A DNA stretch of 63,142 nucleotides, the filler included, from Octopus bimaculoides (lineage: Eukaryota), in NCBI RefSeq assembly GCF_001194135.2. It is 6 parts of 6 records of this genome, joined end to end, with 100 filler letters (N's around TTAATTAATTAA, not from the genome) between each part and the next. Parts side by side here need not be neighbours in the genome. Positions count along the whole stretch, not along the records: positions 40,448 to 54,108 come from NC_068981.1; 5 more parts are not named here. One strand, given 5' to 3'. Positions 40,348-52,987 of the stretch are shown here, in pieces. The position numbers were made by a program, and so were the translations under genes. A model generated the notes under the pieces. It was not told the DNA's origin, searched no databases, and was given only the letters and a program-made list of their open reading frames with translations. How positions within the stretch are numbered: position 1 is the stretch's first letter; each line of letters starts with the position of its first letter.

Positions 40348-41726
40348 NNNNNNNNNNNNNNNNNNNNNNNNNNNNNNNNNNNNNNNNNNNNTTAATTAAT
40401 TAANNNNNNNNNNNNNNNNNNNNNNNNNNNNNNNNNNNNNNNNNNNNACCACCAACAACAACACCACCAACACCACCACCATCAAAACCACCACCACCAC
40501 CACCAAAACAACCACCACCACCACCACCAGTACCAGCAGCAATAAAAACTCCGCCGCCACCAATACCATTACCAACACCACCCCTACCAGGAGAACTAGT
40601 AACATCTCGTGAGTTCCCACAGCATTATCAACACCGTCACTGTTGCCGCCTCCATCTTCCCCACAGCCGCCGACGTAACCACCACTACTACCAGAACTAG
40701 TAACATCTCCAGAGCTCTGATGTTCAATGTATACAGCACACAGCACCGCTACCTCTGCCACTATGGTTGCCACTGGCAACACCACTGCCGTCATCGCCAC
40801 CATCACCACGAACACCAATACCACTGTCATCACGATCACCATATCTACAATGACCACCATTAAAAGCACTACCACTAATGTCAACCTCTACCTATTCGAC
40901 CAGTATCACCACCACCACGATGACTANNNNNNNNNNNNNNNNNNNNNNNNNNNNNNNNNNNNNNNNNNNNNNNNNNNNNNNNNNNNNNNNNNNNNNNNNN
41001 NNNNNNNNNNNNNNNNNNNNNNNNNNNNNNNNNNNNNNNNNNNNNNNNNNNNNNNNNNNNNNNNNNNNNNNNNNNNNNNNNNNNNNNNNNNNNNNNNNNN
41101 NNNNNNNNNNNNNNNNNNNNNNNNNNNNNNNNNNNNNNNNNNNNNNNNNNNNNNNNNNNNNNNNNNNNNNNNNNNNNNNNNNNNNNNNNNNNNNNNNNNN
41201 NNNNNNNNNNNNNNNNNNNNNNNNNNNNNNNNNNNNNNNNNNNNNNNNNNNNNNNNNNNNNNNNNNNNNNNNNNNNNNNNNNNNNNNNNNNNNNNNNNNN
41301 NNNNNNNNNNNNNNNNNNNNNNNNNNNNNNNNNNNNCACCACCACCACCACCACCACAACCACCACCACCACAACCACCACCACCACAACCACCACCACC
41401 ACAACCACCACCACCATCAGTGCCAATAACATCAACGTGAACAAGAGCGTGAACATAACATTAACGTGAACAAGAAAGCAGGAGATCTACAAGATCCGTC
41501 GATCTGTTATATAAAAGAAAATAGAAATTAACTTTACGATATATTAAAATTTAAGGACAGAATAATGTAGCGTCGAAAAATAAATTAAGGTAGTCATGGA
41601 TGGAGCGATGTGATCACGGGTTTGCCTCATCAGAGCAGAATTTAACACCGCCCACCTTACACATCACTAACAGTACTTTTAGCAAATACCTTTAGAACTA
41701 GTAAGGTGCCGAGCTAATAGTCTGGC

Positions 41727-41908
41727 AACGTGGATAAAATGCTCAGCGGCATTTTGTCCGGCTTTATGTTCTGACCTCAAATACCACGGGGGTCGACTTT
41801 GCTTTCACCCCAACGTGGTTGATAAAATGAGCATCCGTGAAGAACTGGAGTCGATGTAATCGAATCAACTCTTCCAGCAAATTTTTTTTGTGCTTATAGG
41901 AGAAAGAA
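41727..41908 (+). mobile_element. SINE family A (degenerate)
   Basis: aaatgctcagcggcattttgtc...tgttctgacctcaaat...ggtcgactttgctttc...gtcgatgtaatcga. Confidence 0.65.
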
Positions 41909-42319
41909 TTTTTGAAACAACTTCATCACTAATCCGATTGCAGTCATACTAGAAGAAATTCTCGAAACAATAACCACTATTACCATTACTAGCCTACAAT
42001 TGGCACTGTTACCATAAGCAGTAGCCTACAAAAACACTACCACTACTCCCTACACGAAGACCGTTTAACTAACCCAAAGGCCGTCGCTCTTTTGTATCAT
42101 ACGGATTTATGAAGCGAAGAGAAATTTTCGGTATGCAGCGACATTCAGCATCGTTGGATATGATTATGTATACAGAAGCAATCACATACAGAAAAACACA
42201 GACACATGTATGCGCATATGTGTGGGTAAATGTATGATTTGTATGAGTATGTATGGGTATACAGATAACTTCCACATTCTGATAGAAAATATCGGCTCTG
42301 CTATACCAGCGTGGAAATA

Positions 42320-42796
42320 TCCCCCTATAACATCAGCAGCTTCCTCACAATGTCTACGAGATACTGCCTGCCTTTGACGTATGATATTGTTTGCAAAGGC
42401 TATTTACAACGCTATTTGCAGGAAGTATTACCCTGATGTATACAACAAAAGCGTGTCAAAGCCAGCATGTATTCGTAGGTTTTGAAACAAGGAATACTGA
42501 TAGAGGACTCCAATAAAATCAGCATTGCAGAGCAAACATAACAGAGTAGATATTATTCTGCGGGACACGGAACAAATTCATGCACTTTTGTATAGCTTAG
42601 CTGCCCAGCGGAAATGAACATACAATCAAAAGTTCAGGTAAAACCGAACATTTATGGGGAATTAATGCATAACTTACAGCTCTTTACCCTGACTAAAAAT
42701 TCTCATTTGTATCTAATCATCATAGATGCATTAGGCTATGTATTCACAAATTTACACAGGAACCTAGAAACACTGGGTTTTTCGAAGATTGAATAA
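42320..42796 (+). mobile_element. Second R4-like RLE retrotransposon fragment
   Basis: MSTRYCLPLTYD/AIYNAICRKYYPD...KHNRVDIILRD/SCTFV*LSCPAEMNIQSKVQVKPNIYGELMHNLQL...IIIDALGYV. Confidence 0.7.
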
Positions 42797-43833
42797 AAGA
42801 AACTGACGCGGTTTCTCCAAGTTCGATGTATTAGCTCCCCAGTGACGTTTTGTAAGACATTCCAGAGATTCTCCGTCTGAGTTTTATTTTTTTGTGGGGA
42901 GTGGGGTGCATCGACAGCTCGACATACATATCAACTCAATCACATATTTACAAACACCGCGAACTTACTTAACTCAAAAGTTCTTGTCATTTTGTTAGCA
43001 CCCAGCTTGAACATTAAAAAGAATTTAAGTAAGACTAACAAAAAAAAAAAAAATAGAAAGGAAGAAAACGTACGTAGAGTGTGAGGCAGGAAGAAACACG
43101 GAGAAAAAACGAATACAGAAAGTAAATTCATTGCTTGAAAGATTAAGCTGTCTATCCATGTCCCGATGATTCTAACTTTACACCACTATCTCTCTCTCTC
43201 TCTCTNNNNNNNNNNNNNNNNNNNNNNNNNNNNNNNNNNNNNNNNNNNNNNNNNNNNNNNNNNNNNNNNNNNNNNNNNNNNNNNNNNNNNNNNNNNNNNN
43301 NNNNNNNNNNNNNNNNNNNNNNNNNNNNNNNNNNNNNNNNNNNNNNNNNNNNNNNNNNNNNNNNNNNNNNNNNNNNNNNNNNNNNNNNNNNNNNNNNNNN
43401 NNNNNNNNNNNNNNNNNNNNNNNNNNNNNNNNNNNNNNNNNNNNNNNNNNNNNNNNNNNNNNNNNNNNNNNNNNNNNNNNNNNNNNNNNNNNNNNNNNNN
43501 NNNNNNNNNNNNNNNNNNNNNNNNNNNNNNNNNNNNNNNNNNNNNNNNNNNNNNNNNNNNNNNNNNNNNNNNNNNNNNNNNNNNNNNNNNNNNNNNNNNN
43601 NNNNNNNNNNNNNNNNNNNNNNNNNNNNNNNNNNNNNNNNNNNNNNNNNNNNNNNNNNNNNNNNNNNNNNNNNNNNNNNNNNNNNNNNNNNNNNNNNNNN
43701 NNNNNNNNNNNNNNNNNNNNNNNNNNNNNNNNNNNNNNNNNNNNNNNNNNNNNNNNNNNNNNNNNNNNNNNNNNNNNNNNNNNNNNNNNNNNNNNNNNNN
43801 NNNNNNNNNNNNNNNNNNNNNNNNNNNNNNNNN

Positions 43834-43865
<32 letters not shown>

Positions 43866-43867
<2 letters not shown>

Positions 43868-44124
43868 CAGAATGGGACAAGAACAAAAACATCCAGACAG
43901 TTAGGTGATGCAAGAAAGGGACAAAACGTCCAGATAGACGATGCAAAGAAAACACGGACAGGTAATTCTGAGTTTTCTTTCTTCAGTCGAGATCCTGATT
44001 ATCCTTGCAATTTCGGGTGGTTATTCTCAATATTGCTCCAATCTGGCCAACCGCAAGGAAAAACTAAACTAAGAGCTTCTTGTATCACCTGTCTGGATGT
44101 TTTGTGTTCTTGTTCCATTCTGTA
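43866..44124. mobile_element. TA-anchored ~260-bp element with ~50-bp terminal inverted repeats
   Basis: tacagaatgggacaagaacaaaaacatccagacag...gatgcaagaa / ttcttgtatcacctgtctggatgttttgtgttcttgttccattctgta; (TA)n on both sides; homologues at 27330 and 61515. Confidence 0.85.
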
Positions 44125-44126
44125 TC

Positions 44127-44157
<31 letters not shown>

Positions 44158-45519
44158 AATATTCAAGTATATATGCATGCATATGTGCAATGCATATATG
44201 CATATCCATTTTGATTTACATGTTCATATATATATATATATTTATATCTTACATACATATCTATATTCACACTGGCACACGTAAAAACACAGAAAAAGCG
44301 AATAGACTCTCTAGTAAGAGAGAAGGAGATGAAATGTAAATACGTATTTATTCAATTATTTATTTACTTAGCTTATTTAACCCTATTCGGATCAATTTAA
44401 TCTGCCAATCAAAACAGATTACACGAGAAATGCATAACATTACCACGTGTCGCCTACAGAATACCAGCAAACGTGGCAGAAATTCTAGCTATCGGCAGAT
44501 TGAACAGTCGGCGGGGTGTATTTCGAAATGGTTATTCTTTACAATACAATCTTTTGTCATTGCAGCCCCGGGCAAATCACTCAAAGAGCCAGCCAGCCAG
44601 CCAGCAAGACAACAAACCAACTAGCTCATACAAATAAACCTCACTAAACCGCAAACCATTACCATCACCATCTCCAGCAGCGCTGCTGCTTTTATTCATT
44701 CCGAAATCCCTCTTCCACAAAGACACTCTCTCCCTCACCGACAACGACTTCATCTCCTATACTAATCTACCCACACTAGCCCTCCAATCTCCAGCCTTCC
44801 TGCTTCTAAAATACCATTTCTGTCTCAGTTGTAAAGAAGACGCTTTTCAGAATACTAATCAGTAAATGGGTTTCTATTGCCAGCTTGCAGGATATGTGTA
44901 TCTGTATGTTTATATGATTGTAGTCATTTCCACAAATGTCGGCATGCATGTATGCATGTATGTATGTATGTATGTATGTATGTATGTATGTATGAATGTA
45001 TGTATGTATGCATGTATGTATGTATGCATGTATGTATGTATGTATGTACGTATGTCTGCATGTATGTATGAATGTATGTGTGTATGTATGTATTTATGTA
45101 TGCATGTATGTAAGTATATAGGTATGTANNNNNNNNNNNNNNNNNNNNNNNNNNNNNNNNNNNNNNNNNNNNNNNNNNNNNNNNNNNNNNNNNNNNNNNN
45201 NNNNNNNNNNNNNNNNNNNNNNNNNNNNNNNNNNNNNNNNNNNNNNNNNNNNNNNNNNNNNNNNNNNNNNNNNNNNNNNNNNNNNNNNNNNNNNNNNNNN
45301 NNNNNNNNNNNNNNNNNNNNNNNNNNNNNNNNNNNNNNNNNNNNNNNNNNNNNNNNNNNNNNNNNNNNNNNNNNNNNNNNNNNNNNNNNNNNNNNNNNNN
45401 NNNNNNNNNNNNNNNNNNNNNNNNNNNNNNNNNNNNNNNNNNNNNNNNNNNNNNNNNNNNNNNNNNNNNNNNNNNNNNNNNNNNNNNNNNNNNNNNNNNN
45501 NNNNNNNNNNNNNNNNNNN

Positions 45520-45561
<42 letters not shown>

Positions 45562-47739
45562 GTATGTATGATTGTGTATATATGTATGCATGATTGAAGG
45601 AGAGACAGCATTTGTTGAAGATGATGGTTCGCTGTTCGTGTATCTTATTGCATGTATATTTTCTGAGTGGCTGGTGTGTATTTATTTATATGGGTCTGTT
45701 TTTGATAGTATTTCGTACGTCGTATTAATGCGCACGCGTGTGTGTGAATATGTAATTGTGTGCATGCGCGTGCCCGTGTATGTGTGTGTATGTGTGTATG
45801 TGTGTGTATGTGTTGTAGTTATACTTCATTTTAAGAGACTTACTAGATCATTCTGTGGAAAATGTGTTGGTCTTTTTGTATAATGATTAGCTGTACGGAT
45901 GAAAATATTTGTGTGCATGTATGTGCGTATACACATATATAAATGCGATACACACGCGCACACACATATTGCTAAATATATGTATACACACGTATGTGCG
46001 TCGATATATCTGCATTTATGCATGTGTATATGTCCGTGTGTATGTGTGTTTTGTGTGTGTGGTATTGTATCTTCCTTGAAATAGAAAATAGTAGAATGGT
46101 TTAAAAAGAACAAACAAAAATCCCAAATCAAGAAATGAATATTATATTAACAAGAAGAAAGAGAAGAAAATAGAATTGGCAAAACAAGAAAATATATATA
46201 AAAAAAAAATCTAAAATGAGAAGGAACGAAAGAAAGAATAGTTAAATGATTTAGGGCGAGAGTAAAAGAGAAACGACAGAGGTTGTTGTTAATGACAGAA
46301 AGAAAGAGAAGGGAAGAAGAAAGAGTAGGGCAAAGCGGGAAGTGGAGAGTTAGGGAAAGAGAGCGTATAGAGTGCATGAGAGAGGACGGAGAGTAGAGGA
46401 CAATGTGAAGAGAAAGGGGATTGAGAGAGCAAAATGGAGAGAGAATGAGAAATAGGGAAGAAAGTAGAAAAGGAGAAAGTGAGAGAGGGGACGAGAAAGA
46501 GAGATTGAGTGTTTGTGTGTGTGTGTTTGTGTATGTGTGTGCATGTGAAAACAGGAGAATGGGGGAAAGGGAGAGACAAAACAGAGTAACAGTTAATGAG
46601 AATAACAGGAAGCAAAGAAGACATGTTGAATCATCTGAAGACAATGATTGGCAGAGAGAATAAGCGAGAGAACAAAGGCAGTGCGAGGGAAACTGTGTAA
46701 GATAGATAGAGAATAGAATTAGGAGGGAGATATATGAAAGAAATCAGATATCGTGTATAAGGTAGGAAGTGAAGAAGAGTAATATATAAAGCGAACATAA
46801 ATACAAACATACACTGACAGAATATTAATAACATCATAAAAGGAGAGAAGGAAAGAGCAAGAGAGAGAAGGTGAGACAGAAAGCGGGAGAGTAAGAAAGA
46901 GAATGATATGCGGACTCAAATAAAGAAATAAGGCGTCCGGTAGGAATTACTGGAAGATGGAAAATCAACGAGGCAAAGATTGTTTAAACAACACCTGACA
47001 CACACTGCACCTCATAGATACAGGCACAAAACATACGTCTACGTACGTCTGATTGTATGTATGAATTGTATGTCTCTATGGATGCATGTATATAGATAAA
47101 CATGCATTCATATGATAACATTAATTTTGGTTTTTCACACGTACACACGTATGCATATGAATGTACAGATGCATATATATCCACGTACAACGTCATTATC
47201 TTCGAAGAAATATCAACATTATCATCATACGAAACGTAGCAAAAAAATTAGTGCTGGCTATAATTTCTGCAGAAACAACCTTAATAAAATAATTATCATC
47301 ATCATCATCATATTCAGTGGCAGCATCATAAACATCATCCTCATCACCGTTTTCTATCATCCTCATTACAAGCCATCGAGAACAACGCATAAAACAAATT
47401 ATTTAGCACAATACTAACAATAACCATCCTTCGCTTCGACATTTCTCCTAAATGTATGTGAAATCAACCCATCACTCAAAGCTCAAAATTGGAAGATTCC
47501 ATATATAGAAAGTTGTCTTGCTGAAACGTCACACTTCATCCCTTTCTTCAGCCTAATGGAAACCCACGTAAACAACACTGACATGGATGCTGAGAGGAAA
47601 TAAAAAAACAAAAAAAACTCAACATCTGTACAGATTGCACAAACCAAAATAAAGAAGGAGCAGCCATTTTTCTCCATGATTGCTTTGCCTTGAATGCTAA
47701 TAACATATTTTCAAATGGCATCCATATTCCTATTCAACA

Positions 47740-48600
47740 AAGTTAATGAATCCATATCGCTATTCAAAAGGTTAATGACATAACCATTGTCGGTTTCTAC
47801 AGGCCTCCTCAAGCTCCTTTACCCTGCTTTGAAGAGTGCCTCAACAAAATCAAGTCTTTTCCCCAAAAGTACAACCCCAGGAACATATTGTTGATGGTTT
47901 AATTTTAACATTCTTTATGTGAACTGGTCTACGGATGCCCCAAAGCTAGGTAACTGCACTGCATCAAACAAAATGGCAAAAGAATTACTATTTAATTTAA
48001 TGGATGAATTTTTCCTAATCCAAATTCTGCCTGAGCCAGAATGACAAGTTAAAATTATCCAGGACCTGATATTAACGAACCACTCTAGGTCCATCGTAGC
48101 ATTTCAGTTGAAATACTTCTCTCGGGTACTGCATAAGCTTAGTTTCAAATATGTCAAAGCCAAGCGAGTCACACTCGCATCAGTGAACCTGTTCGCTAAC
48201 ATCAGTCTTCAGAAAGCAGACTGAAGTGCAATTAGAAAAGATCTATGACTTATCGAATGGTCCTTCATTCACAGTTCTGACATTGGAACAACAAAGCAGT
48301 GCTTTGAGGAAGTTGTCTCTTATACAAACTCTTCCTTCAAGACTCACGTGCACTAATAGAACAATACCCTCATCGTAAGAATCAAAGCTCAACAGAAAAA
48401 AATCAAGCAACTAAAATACTACCACTAACAGTATCCACATTCAACAACATTAAAAAGGACTGAATTGGAAAAATATCATCTGCAGATCAGGATGAAAATC
48501 TACACCAGCAACCAAAGAGTTACAGAGAAAAACTGGGTAATCAAAAAAATCAAACAGAATTCAAAGTGTTCTGTTCATATGCCAACAAGCTTAGGACCGC
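47740..48600 (+). mobile_element. CR1-like LINE ORF2 N-terminal (APE endonuclease) fragment, decayed
   Basis: IVGFYRPPQAP...FEECLNKI; VNWST; LMDEFFLIQILPEP..QDLILTN; IKQNSK/VFCSYANK. Confidence 0.7.
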
Positions 48601-48916
48601 TGTCTCACCCGATGGTTTAGCTTTCGCAAGAAGATTCGTTGCTGGGCATTAGACAAATGTAAGAACACTCTGCATATTATTTGCAATTTCAGCAATAAAG
48701 TAACTGTAACCATTCATTTAACTTCATTTACGTTCCTTTATATTTCAATACATTGGGCAACTAGATTATAAGCAATTCAGAAGACTAGTTGAAAGTGTAT
48801 TGCTTCGAGGTAGATTATTCCATCTTCATGCATTGTTTTACAACAATCAACAGCTTTAGCAGAAAGAATTTCAGTCTGCCATCCAAGAGGAAAATATTCG
48901 AAAATCAGCTCACTAT

Positions 48917-49132
48917 TCTTTTCTACTCTAGGCACAAGGCCCGAAATTTTTTTGGTGGGGAGCCAGTCGATTACATCGACCCCAGTACGCAATTGGTACT
49001 TAATTTATCGACCCCGAAAGGATGAAAGGCAAATCGACTTCGGTTTGAATTTGAACTCAGAACATAAAGACAGACGAAATACCGCTAAGAATTTTGCCCG
49101 GCGTGCTAACGGTTCTGCCAGCTCACCGCCTT
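48917..49132 (-). mobile_element. SINE family A, full length
   Basis: Most complete copy of the family in the window. Confidence 0.92.
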
Positions 49133-49384
49133 AACATCAATTCACTATTACAGTATCGTTTTACTAGAAATTCGAGGAGCAATTTTGCCTTTAACTCGAA
49201 ATTTTATGCAAAAAAAACTAGACAAATACACTAGACAGTTAGGCATTTTTTACACCTTTATAACATAAGAGAATATTTTCTTCTCAACGGTAACTCCAGT
49301 GAATTTGCCTTTAGAAATTGAAATACATTACAAACATATTTTAATTAAGCTAAAGTTTGCAATATGTATTGTATGACTACAACA

Positions 49385-49639
49385 ATGCTAGCGCACCGCC
49401 TTTAAAGGTTTTAGTCGAAGAAATCGACCCGTCACTTTTGCCGAACCGCTAAGTTACGGGGACGTAAATAAACCAACATCGGTTTCCAAACGATTGTGGG
49501 GGCGACAAACACAAACACAAAGACCCCCCCACACACACACACACATATAATAAATGTAAACGACGGGCTAGTGTTCCAGTTAGGTGTGTGGAAAAAGGAT
49601 TCCAATAGCTGCTAATATTTCACTTAGTGTCTGGGAATG

Positions 49640-49680
<41 letters not shown>

Positions 49681-49835
49681 CATAATAATAATAATAATAA
49701 TAATAATGATAATAATAATAATGATAATAATAATTCGACGGCCTTTGGTAGAATACACTTGTACCCGGCAGTGGAACTGAATCCGGAAACATGTAGTTGG
49801 GAAGCAAGTGTTTTACCACACAGACATGCATGCGG
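49385..49835 (-). mobile_element. SINE C/D composite copy (3' body, CA tract, AAT interruption, tRNA-like head)
   Basis: C body 49385-49530, cgacgggct linker at 49561, D head at 49737-49835 on the same strand. Confidence 0.65.
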
Positions 49836-49933
49836 CTATATATACTGAGTCTGTGTATATATATGTATATATATATATATATGAATTGATGGATGGATGG
49901 ATGGATGAATGGATCTATCTATCTTTCAATCTG

Positions 49934-50002
<69 letters not shown>

Positions 50003-50275
50003 TTACCTATCTATCTTTTTCTCCCACTTCATGTGTGTGTGTGTGAATGTGCATGATTATATTTATTTACCTTTCCGTACATACATTCGAATATATGATC
50101 ATATAACAAGTAAACGAAAAATGCAAGAAATAATAAATTTGTGCATGAAGAGACTGCAATAGCCAGAGCAGTGTGCTTTTTTATGTTTGAATGCATCCTT
50201 GTGTTTTTGGACATATATGTTAGGCACATATATGTATATGCATATTGGTATATATCTGTATATAAAATATATGCA

Positions 50276-50333
50276 TGGTGCATCAGCATGGCCGCAGCTC
50301 TGAGCTGAAACTTTGAAATGAAATGAAATGAAA
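50276..50333 (+). mobile_element. 43-nt retroposon 3'-end stub with (TGAAA)n tail
   Basis: tggtgcatcagcatggccgcagctctgagctgaaactttgaaa followed by tgaaa repeats. Confidence 0.75.
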
Positions 50334-51665
50334 TGTATGTGTGTGCGTATACATATAAAAAACATATATGCAGCTGCCACGAGTTCACAATCAGCCATTG
50401 AAACAGAGGCCATCTTAATATAATAAATAAATGATAGCTAATAATAAAGGAAAGAAGTAATTTGCTGCGAAAGATCATTCCTGATTCAGAATCCAAACAC
50501 CCAAAAACTGACACACACACACACAGATGTAGACACACACGTACATGAAATCTCGCACACACACACACACACACACAGACACATATTAACACATATACAC
50601 GCCGTCGCTTGCGTGCATATATCGCAAACCACCAGACGCAGGCTTATTGTGGGAGGGGAAGGATAAACATGCATACAGGAATGTACATAAGTTTTCATCA
50701 ATAGCAAATCTTCAACGTGCGGCTGTGCATCTATTTGTAACTATATGTGCTATATAGAGCCGTGTGTACACTTCTCGCATTGGTGTGTGTGTGTGTGCGT
50801 GCGTACGTGTCTGTGTGAAACAACAATATTGAAGCTACTGTTAGTACGCTGCTGTGTTAAACACTTGAGCTGAATCGAATCTGACATTGCAAGGTCAAGA
50901 TTGAAACAGAGGGAATTGGTCTGTTTGGAAAAGAAAAGCATCGTGAGGATTTCATGACTCAAACAAACAAAAATACAGAAGATGAAGTCGAGGTAGGAGG
51001 TCGGGGGGGGGGCGAGAAGGAAGAGAAGAAAGCTATTACGAAAGTAGGAAAGAGAAGCAACGATAAATGAATGAGTGGCTTCGTTGTTGGAAATAAGGAG
51101 GAGATTTTAATATGTGGCAAAGTGATGGGGCGTGCATTCTAGATTGATCTCCGTTAATCAAATATAGTGATCACGCATATTATCAGTTATAGAGTGTAAT
51201 TAATGGGGTTAAGCCACTGGGTTTTACTGTTGAGCCTCGTGTGTAATGGGTCGCAGTCTGTGTAAACGATGGTTGATTTAAAGGATACATTTGAGGGCAT
51301 TGTGTATTTGTATATTTACAGGCATGTGTGAATGTGTATGGATATATAGATTATATATATACAATACTCACACATACACAAACAGGCACAAATACACACA
51401 GAGAGAGGCACACATACAAATATATATACAATTACACTTATAACAGATATATGTATCTCTTCCTTCTATCTAACTATCTCTCTGTTCATCTCTTTGTCTC
51501 TTCTGTCTTGTTGAATATGTGTGTGTGTGTATGCGTGCGTGTGTTCGCACGTGTCTGCGCGCTTGCGCGTACTTGTAAGTTATCGTTTAAAGAGCGAGAA
51601 AATTTCTTTGGTGAATTCTGAGATGATGGAAAAAAGACTAATTTTGCAAAAATCATTGCTATATG

Positions 51666-51719
<54 letters not shown>

Positions 51720-51903
51720 TAATGTATTGATCCGTGGTATAATTCAACAAAGAGAGCACTCCATCTGGTGAGAGTCAAATATTGTTGTTTCAGGGTCACA
51801 ATACATGCATTCTGGCGCTACTAATAGATTTATGTGAAACTATTAGTAGCTCCCGAAGATATGTATTGTGACTCTTATACACACACACACACACATACAC
51901 ACA

Positions 51904-51954
<51 letters not shown>

Positions 51955-52935
51955 GAAGGTTGATTTTTTGCTTTAATATTCAGCTGGAGATTTTGGTAGA
52001 TTTTTTTTAAGGTATCGGCACTTCAAGCATGCTGGAGACAGGTCCTTTTTGCCCTAGCTCCCTTGATATAAGTATATACATATGTACATCATTATCAATT
52101 TAATGTATTAATTGCCTATAAATTTTTATAGCATGCTGACTACTTGATAAAAATCATTAACGTGATTTTTATCCTTATATTCTTTTATGAATTAATAAAT
52201 AATTTTTATATATATAGGCAGTTATACCATGAAGATTCTCTTTAACTTTAATAACATTCGACACGTCAGAAACCAGCTCAGCATAATTATCGACCACATT
52301 TATTAGTTGTGGTTAAGTGCAACATTTGGTTAAGTCTATTTAAAACTAGTCAACTTTTTAACGGCCGCTTTCTGTTGAGTTCCTTGTATTTCCGACCTAG
52401 ACCGCCTAGCCTTAATAAAATGCTCACATTATTCTCATGCTAATCATATTTAACAGCAAGTTCGGTCTGACTTTGGTTCATATGCTAAAAGGTAAAATTT
52501 ATATAGCTCGAACCAATCCCATCGAACTATAGAATCAAGCGAAAAGTTGATGATTATTAATTCTTGCTTTCTGTAGGGCTGTGGTTTATCATAGTCTTCG
52601 GAAAATGTGTTGCTGTATTTTTTCCGATTTTCTTACATTCAGGATTCAAATCACAAAGAAATCAATTATATCTTTCCTCTCTCCGGGATCGATGAAATAC
52701 ATTACTTGCCAAGTAATGAAGTCGCTTTAATCTATTAACACTTTCTCCTCAGAAACTGCTAGGATTGTGCTTAAATTGGAAACAGTTTATGATTGCTTTT
52801 AATTACTCTGTTAACTTGCGCAGTATCTTCAGCATAATTTCGAAAGCATATCTTAGGTGTAATCATCGTCGGCTCGGTAGCCACTTAAAGATTTGGTTCC
52901 TATGAATGTCTTAGTATAAAAAAATTGCTTTGAAA

Positions 52936-52987
52936 AGTTGTGCCGTCTTCCTGATATCGTATTGATCAACTGGAAGACGGCAACGTT
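52936..52987. other. Compact hairpin (pre-miRNA-like candidate)
   Basis: tgccgtcttcc (52941-52951) / ggaagacggca (52972-52982) perfect 11 bp, extended by tgat/atca and gtt/aac. Confidence 0.3.

Noticed and set aside
40766-40780. X-box-like palindrome GTTGCCACTGGCAAC
   Set aside because: Lies inside a CAC/CAA low-complexity tract where such matches arise by chance
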